A stretch of DNA of 64,000 bases from Candidatus Heimdallarchaeota archaeon (GTDB lineage Archaea > Asgardarchaeota > Heimdallarchaeia > Heimdallarchaeales > Heimdallarchaeaceae). Below are positions 60,716 through 64,000 of the stretch, piece by piece. Where the stretch lies: the NCBI GenBank assembly GCA_019057815.1, contig JAHLWR010000001.1:1-64000 (forward strand). Reading direction: 5' to 3'. Position 1 is the stretch's first letter. Each line of letters starts with the position of its first letter. The notes under the pieces are model-generated. The model did not search any database. It saw only the letters and a program-made list of their open reading frames with translations, and was not told the DNA's origin. The translations under genes were made by a program, and so were the position numbers.

Positions 60716-61432
60716 TCAATAGAAAAGATGTTCTTTTTCCTTCTTCTCTTTTCTTATCCTTATTCTTCTTCGTCTCTTATTGTTCCCTTTATCCTCTTTT
60801 TTAGGTTTTCTAGGAGGAACGAATGTTAATTTCTTATTGAACTGATTTGATATCTCTTCCAGTTTGCTATAAATCAAAAACTTCATTTTAGTACTTCTTT
60901 CCATCTCGTAAATCATTGATAGTTTCCCTAGCGTTTCTTCATCAGCATAAAAAGGTAAAATACTCAAAGCCATTTGTCTTGTAAATAAAGCTGAATCATT
61001 GGTTAAAACTGAATACAGAAGTGAAATTATCTTATTCTTATCACACTTTTTTCGTTCATGCAAATGCTTTAAAGCTATAGAACGCAAAATGTCAATTTTA
61101 TCTTTCTCTACAGCAAGCTCTAGAATTTCTTCAACTTTCGAAGAATCATATGTTGACATAGCTTCAATAATCGCTAATCTAACTGAATGTTCCTTTTCAA
61201 AAAGGTATAATTCAGCTAATTTGTCTGCAATCTCTTCGCCTTTATTTTTATTCAATGCAAGAATTGCTTGTATCCTGATTTTTTCATAAAGGTCATTTTT
61301 CGCTAAGTTTAGAAGAAAATTTTTAACTTCTTCTTTTTCAGAATAATTACCAAAATCTAGAATAATTGTTAGTTTTTCTCTATCAGTTGATTTCTTGAAT
61401 TTCTCGAATTTAGTACCCAAATCACTATTCAT
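60716..61432 (-). CDS. HEAT-repeat protein with basic tail
   Basis: Repeated D...IR..A...L units. Confidence 0.8.
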   Translation of the reverse strand: MNSDLGTKFEKFKKSTDREKLTIILDFGNYSEKEEVKNFLLNLAKNDLYEKIRIQAILALNKNKGEEIADKLAELYLFEKEHSVRLAIIEAMSTYDSSKVEEILELAVEKDKIDILRSIALKHLHERKKCDKNKIISLLYSVLTNDSALFTRQMALSILPFYADEETLGKLSMIYEMERSTKMKFLIYSKLEEISNQFNKKLTFVPPRKPKKEDKGNNKRRRRIRIRKEKKEKEHLFY

Positions 61433-61516
61433 TGTTAAAAAATCTTCTTCTTTGTTTTTAAATGATGTGAATTTGAATACTTCTAAAAGAAAATTCGGGG
61501 GTTTATATATCCAAAG

Positions 61517-62107
61517 TTGGATATAGAAATAATGTCGTTTTTTAGTTCTACTCGTACGGAAAACAGAGCTACAGATGGTTTTGCAGTCGTGTTTTTCAAT
61601 GATATGGGATTTGAGCTTTTTGCTACAAACATAACAGATTCAAAATTAATTACAAATTTAATCCATTATCCTGCATTAATGGGAATGCTTCAAAATCAAA
61701 AACCAGAAGGGTTAGCAACGACAAAAATACAGAAAAATCTCTTTCTCTTTGCGTATGTGATTTTTACAAAAAATCTTGAAGCTAAGGATCCTAGATTGCA
61801 TCAGAGTACAATGACAGTCATTAATTTCCTCGTAAGCCGTGAGAGTTACCAACATTTAATGGTACGTTTTGATGAATTTGAAGGTTTTTTAGAAAATTAT
61901 TTTTATCCAATTGCTTTCATCGAGGATTTATATGCATTAGATTTCACAAAAATTATCCCACAGTTTTTAGATCAGCAAAACAAGAAACAAGAGCTTGTTC
62001 TTAAAAACGTTCATGAAAACGTTCATGAAAACGTTCATGAAAGTCGAGAATATTCTCTTGCTTTGGAATTTAAACGATGGTTAAAAAAAGTGAAATTCAA
62101 CTCATGA
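61517..62107 (+). CDS. Hypothetical protein, possibly longin/uDENN-like
   Basis: FAVVFFNDMG.EL start and LFAYVIF......KDPR......INFLV strands. Confidence 0.55.
   Translation: MDIEIMSFFSSTRTENRATDGFAVVFFNDMGFELFATNITDSKLITNLIHYPALMGMLQNQKPEGLATTKIQKNLFLFAYVIFTKNLEAKDPRLHQSTMTVINFLVSRESYQHLMVRFDEFEGFLENYFYPIAFIEDLYALDFTKIIPQFLDQQNKKQELVLKNVHENVHENVHESREYSLALEFKRWLKKVKFNS
62004..62039 (+). repeat. 12-bp coding tandem repeat (aaaacgttcatg) x3, encoding NVHE
   Basis: Read directly from the sequence. Confidence 0.95.
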
Positions 62108-62192
62108 GCAAATTATCCTAATGATTTCTTTCAAATCGTTTTATTCAATAATCTTTTAATGGTTGCTTAAGCTTGATACTTAGTGGTCGTCA

Positions 62193-63107
62193 ATGCTAGA
62201 GATTCGATTTCATGGCAGAGGAGGTACGGGGACTGTATTAGCTTCAAGAGCTTATGCCAAGGCTGTTTTTTATGCAGGAAGACATGCTATAACCTTTCCA
62301 TCATTTGGTCCAGAGAGAAGAGGAGCTCCTGTTCTTGCTTTCGCTAGAATTGACAACAAGAAAATTTACAAGAGAACACAGATTTACGAACCAGATGTTG
62401 TTGTATGTCTTGATGATGCAATTATGGAACTAATTGATATAGCTCAAGGATTAAAAATAGGAGGGAAGGGTGTGCTAAATTCTCCAAATAAACCAGAAGA
62501 AATTAAACTTTCCAAATCTATTGAGGTAGGTGTTGTTGACGCTACAAAAATAGCTAAAGAAGTTTTAGAAAGCACTATCACTAATAGTGCAACTCTAGGT
62601 GCATTAATAAGAACAATTGATAGTATATCCTTCAAACATTTAGAAAAAGGGATTTTATCTGTTTTTGGTGAAAGACTTGGGGAGAAACTTGCAAAGAAGA
62701 ATGTCGAGGCTGCTAGAATAGCATTTGAGGAGACTATCTTTGGAACAACACTAAGTGGGAGAAATTATTCTCAGGAAAAACGTTGGTTACCAACAGTTGA
62801 TGAACTACCGATTGGAACAATTTTATCTAAATCAGAAGTTAATTCAGGACAATTAATTGGTCCGGGATCTGCTATTACTCGCAAAACTGGGACATGGAAT
62901 CACAAAAAAGCAAAAATCAATCAAGAAAAGTGTACTAAATGCTTAATATGTGTTTTTCATTGTCCTGAAGGAACTATTCACCGAGAAGGAGATATTATCA
63001 AAATAGATCATACCTATTGCAAAGCTTGTGGTATATGTGTTGAAGAATGTCCAGAAAATGCAATTTCTATGGTTGAAATAAAAGATTTCTCAGAGATTAC
63101 ATCTTAA
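62193..63107 (+). CDS. 2-oxoacid:ferredoxin oxidoreductase gamma subunit fused to a delta (ferredoxin) subunit
   Basis: EIRFHGRGG.G and SFGPERRGAPV; C-terminal KTG.W plus two 4Fe-4S motifs. Confidence 0.92.
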   Translation: MLEIRFHGRGGTGTVLASRAYAKAVFYAGRHAITFPSFGPERRGAPVLAFARIDNKKIYKRTQIYEPDVVVCLDDAIMELIDIAQGLKIGGKGVLNSPNKPEEIKLSKSIEVGVVDATKIAKEVLESTITNSATLGALIRTIDSISFKHLEKGILSVFGERLGEKLAKKNVEAARIAFEETIFGTTLSGRNYSQEKRWLPTVDELPIGTILSKSEVNSGQLIGPGSAITRKTGTWNHKKAKINQEKCTKCLICVFHCPEGTIHREGDIIKIDHTYCKACGICVEECPENAISMVEIKDFSEITS

Positions 63108-63138
63108 GAAAAGAGCGATAGTTAGAATATTGAATAAA

Positions 63139-64000
63139 TCATTTGTATTTATCTAAATCCTCAGCCTTATCATCTAAACGTTTTAAAGAGCTGTGAAGAC
63201 TAAAGAAATCTTCTTCTTTATCACGATTTGAGGATTCCTCTCCATTATCTTCCTCGTATTCAAATGATTCATCATATTCATCAAATTCTTCTTCTCCTTC
63301 TGATATTATTTCCATTTCACCCTCTAAAAATGAAGAATCAAATTCAACGAGCTTATCAGAATGTAGGTTGTCTCCAACTATCTTTTCTAATTCTTTAAGT
63401 GCTAAAATTGAAGCATCTATATCAATGTCATAAGTATTGCAATAAGATAGAATAGCTAATACTGGTTGTTGAAATGCTGTACCTTCCGTTAGCAAGAAAT
63501 TTAGAGGACCCTTGATGGTTTGTTGATCTTTGAATGTTCTTTGTGTTCCATACAATTCTGTGTACAGTGGAGTTGGAATTAGACTAGTCCATTCTTCATC
63601 TGTTGTTTTTCTAATATCTTCTCTTAAACCTCCGATGACAATATAGCGCTTAGCTTTCCAAGACAATATTTCTTCAGACAACCACTTCCAAAACGCGTCA
63701 GGAAGTGCATTATAACCTACAACAGGGACAGGTAAACGAGACGCAACAAGTACAATTTTATTTTTATTTTTTGTTGAGTTAACATCTAGTGTATATATTG
63801 TAATAGGGGTTTCTAAATTACCTTGATGATACCAACTTATTGAACCCCAAAATCCGATTGAAGTCACAGGTAAGGTTTCGATAAGATGGTTTAAAACTAC
63901 ATTACCTACAGAACCATAACCTGAGAATCCAAGAATTACAGTAGTTTCTTTATCAATATAATCTGTATTAATACTGAACTGATTAAGGAATTGAATTGTG
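63139..64000 (-). CDS. PAC2 family proteasome assembly chaperone with acidic tail (5' partial)
   Basis: Frame is open to the window edge: TVILGFSGYGSVG..V..HLIE; IVIGGL; acidic C-terminus. Confidence 0.82.
   Translation of the reverse strand, partial: TIQFLNQFSINTDYIDKETTVILGFSGYGSVGNVVLNHLIETLPVTSIGFWGSISWYHQGNLETPITIYTLDVNSTKNKNKIVLVASRLPVPVVGYNALPDAFWKWLSEEILSWKAKRYIVIGGLREDIRKTTDEEWTSLIPTPLYTELYGTQRTFKDQQTIKGPLNFLLTEGTAFQQPVLAILSYCNTYDIDIDASILALKELEKIVGDNLHSDKLVEFDSSFLEGEMEIISEGEEEFDEYDESFEYEEDNGEESSNRDKEEDFFSLHSSLKRLDDKAEDLDKYK

Noticed and set aside
59697-61432. Upstream hypothetical and HEAT genes as members of the rSAM/Cys-Ala system
   Set aside because: They are on the same strand, but there is no overlap or recognisable functional link; membership cannot be supported without comparative synteny.
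707-62635. Numerous 60-190 aa ORFs antisense to or nested in confident genes (e.g. 18705-19283, 14467-14817, 58735-59052, 55229-55420)
   Set aside because: Shadow ORFs of well-supported CDSs or the tRNA, with no motifs of their own.

Overview
AT-rich archaeal chromosomal window. Gene content is most consistent with an Asgard (Heimdallarchaeia-like) archaeon, which is an inference: F420 genes cofD/cofC, OapA/OapB-like GTPase pair, AK6-type adenylate kinase, a C1-G72 intron-containing tRNA-Tyr, a PAC2 chaperone, a small GTPase, HEAT and TPR proteins. Housekeeping and metabolic genes are mixed with bacteria/eukaryote-like lipid and sugar genes (PlsY, class I FBPase, a CWH43/PGAP2IP-like protein, a GOLPH3-like protein). 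There are two related TnpB-only IS200/IS605 elements, one with a nonsense mutation, and an approx. 11.7 kb accessory region bounded by 50-bp direct repeats. Best candidate for an undescribed system (55776-59651, minus strand): a DUF2207-like single-pass membrane protein whose predicted cytoplasmic tail ends in G6-(CA)6-GGGR, translationally coupled (TAATG) to a PqqD/RRE-radical SAM-SPASM enzyme and followed by a methyltransferase. This looks like RiPP-type modification aimed at a large membrane protein. Second candidate: a GC-rich multi-hairpin putative ncRNA (approx. 45841-46077) bracketed by inverted repeats directly upstream of a winged-helix gene. All family assignments come from motif recognition by eye; no database searches were run.
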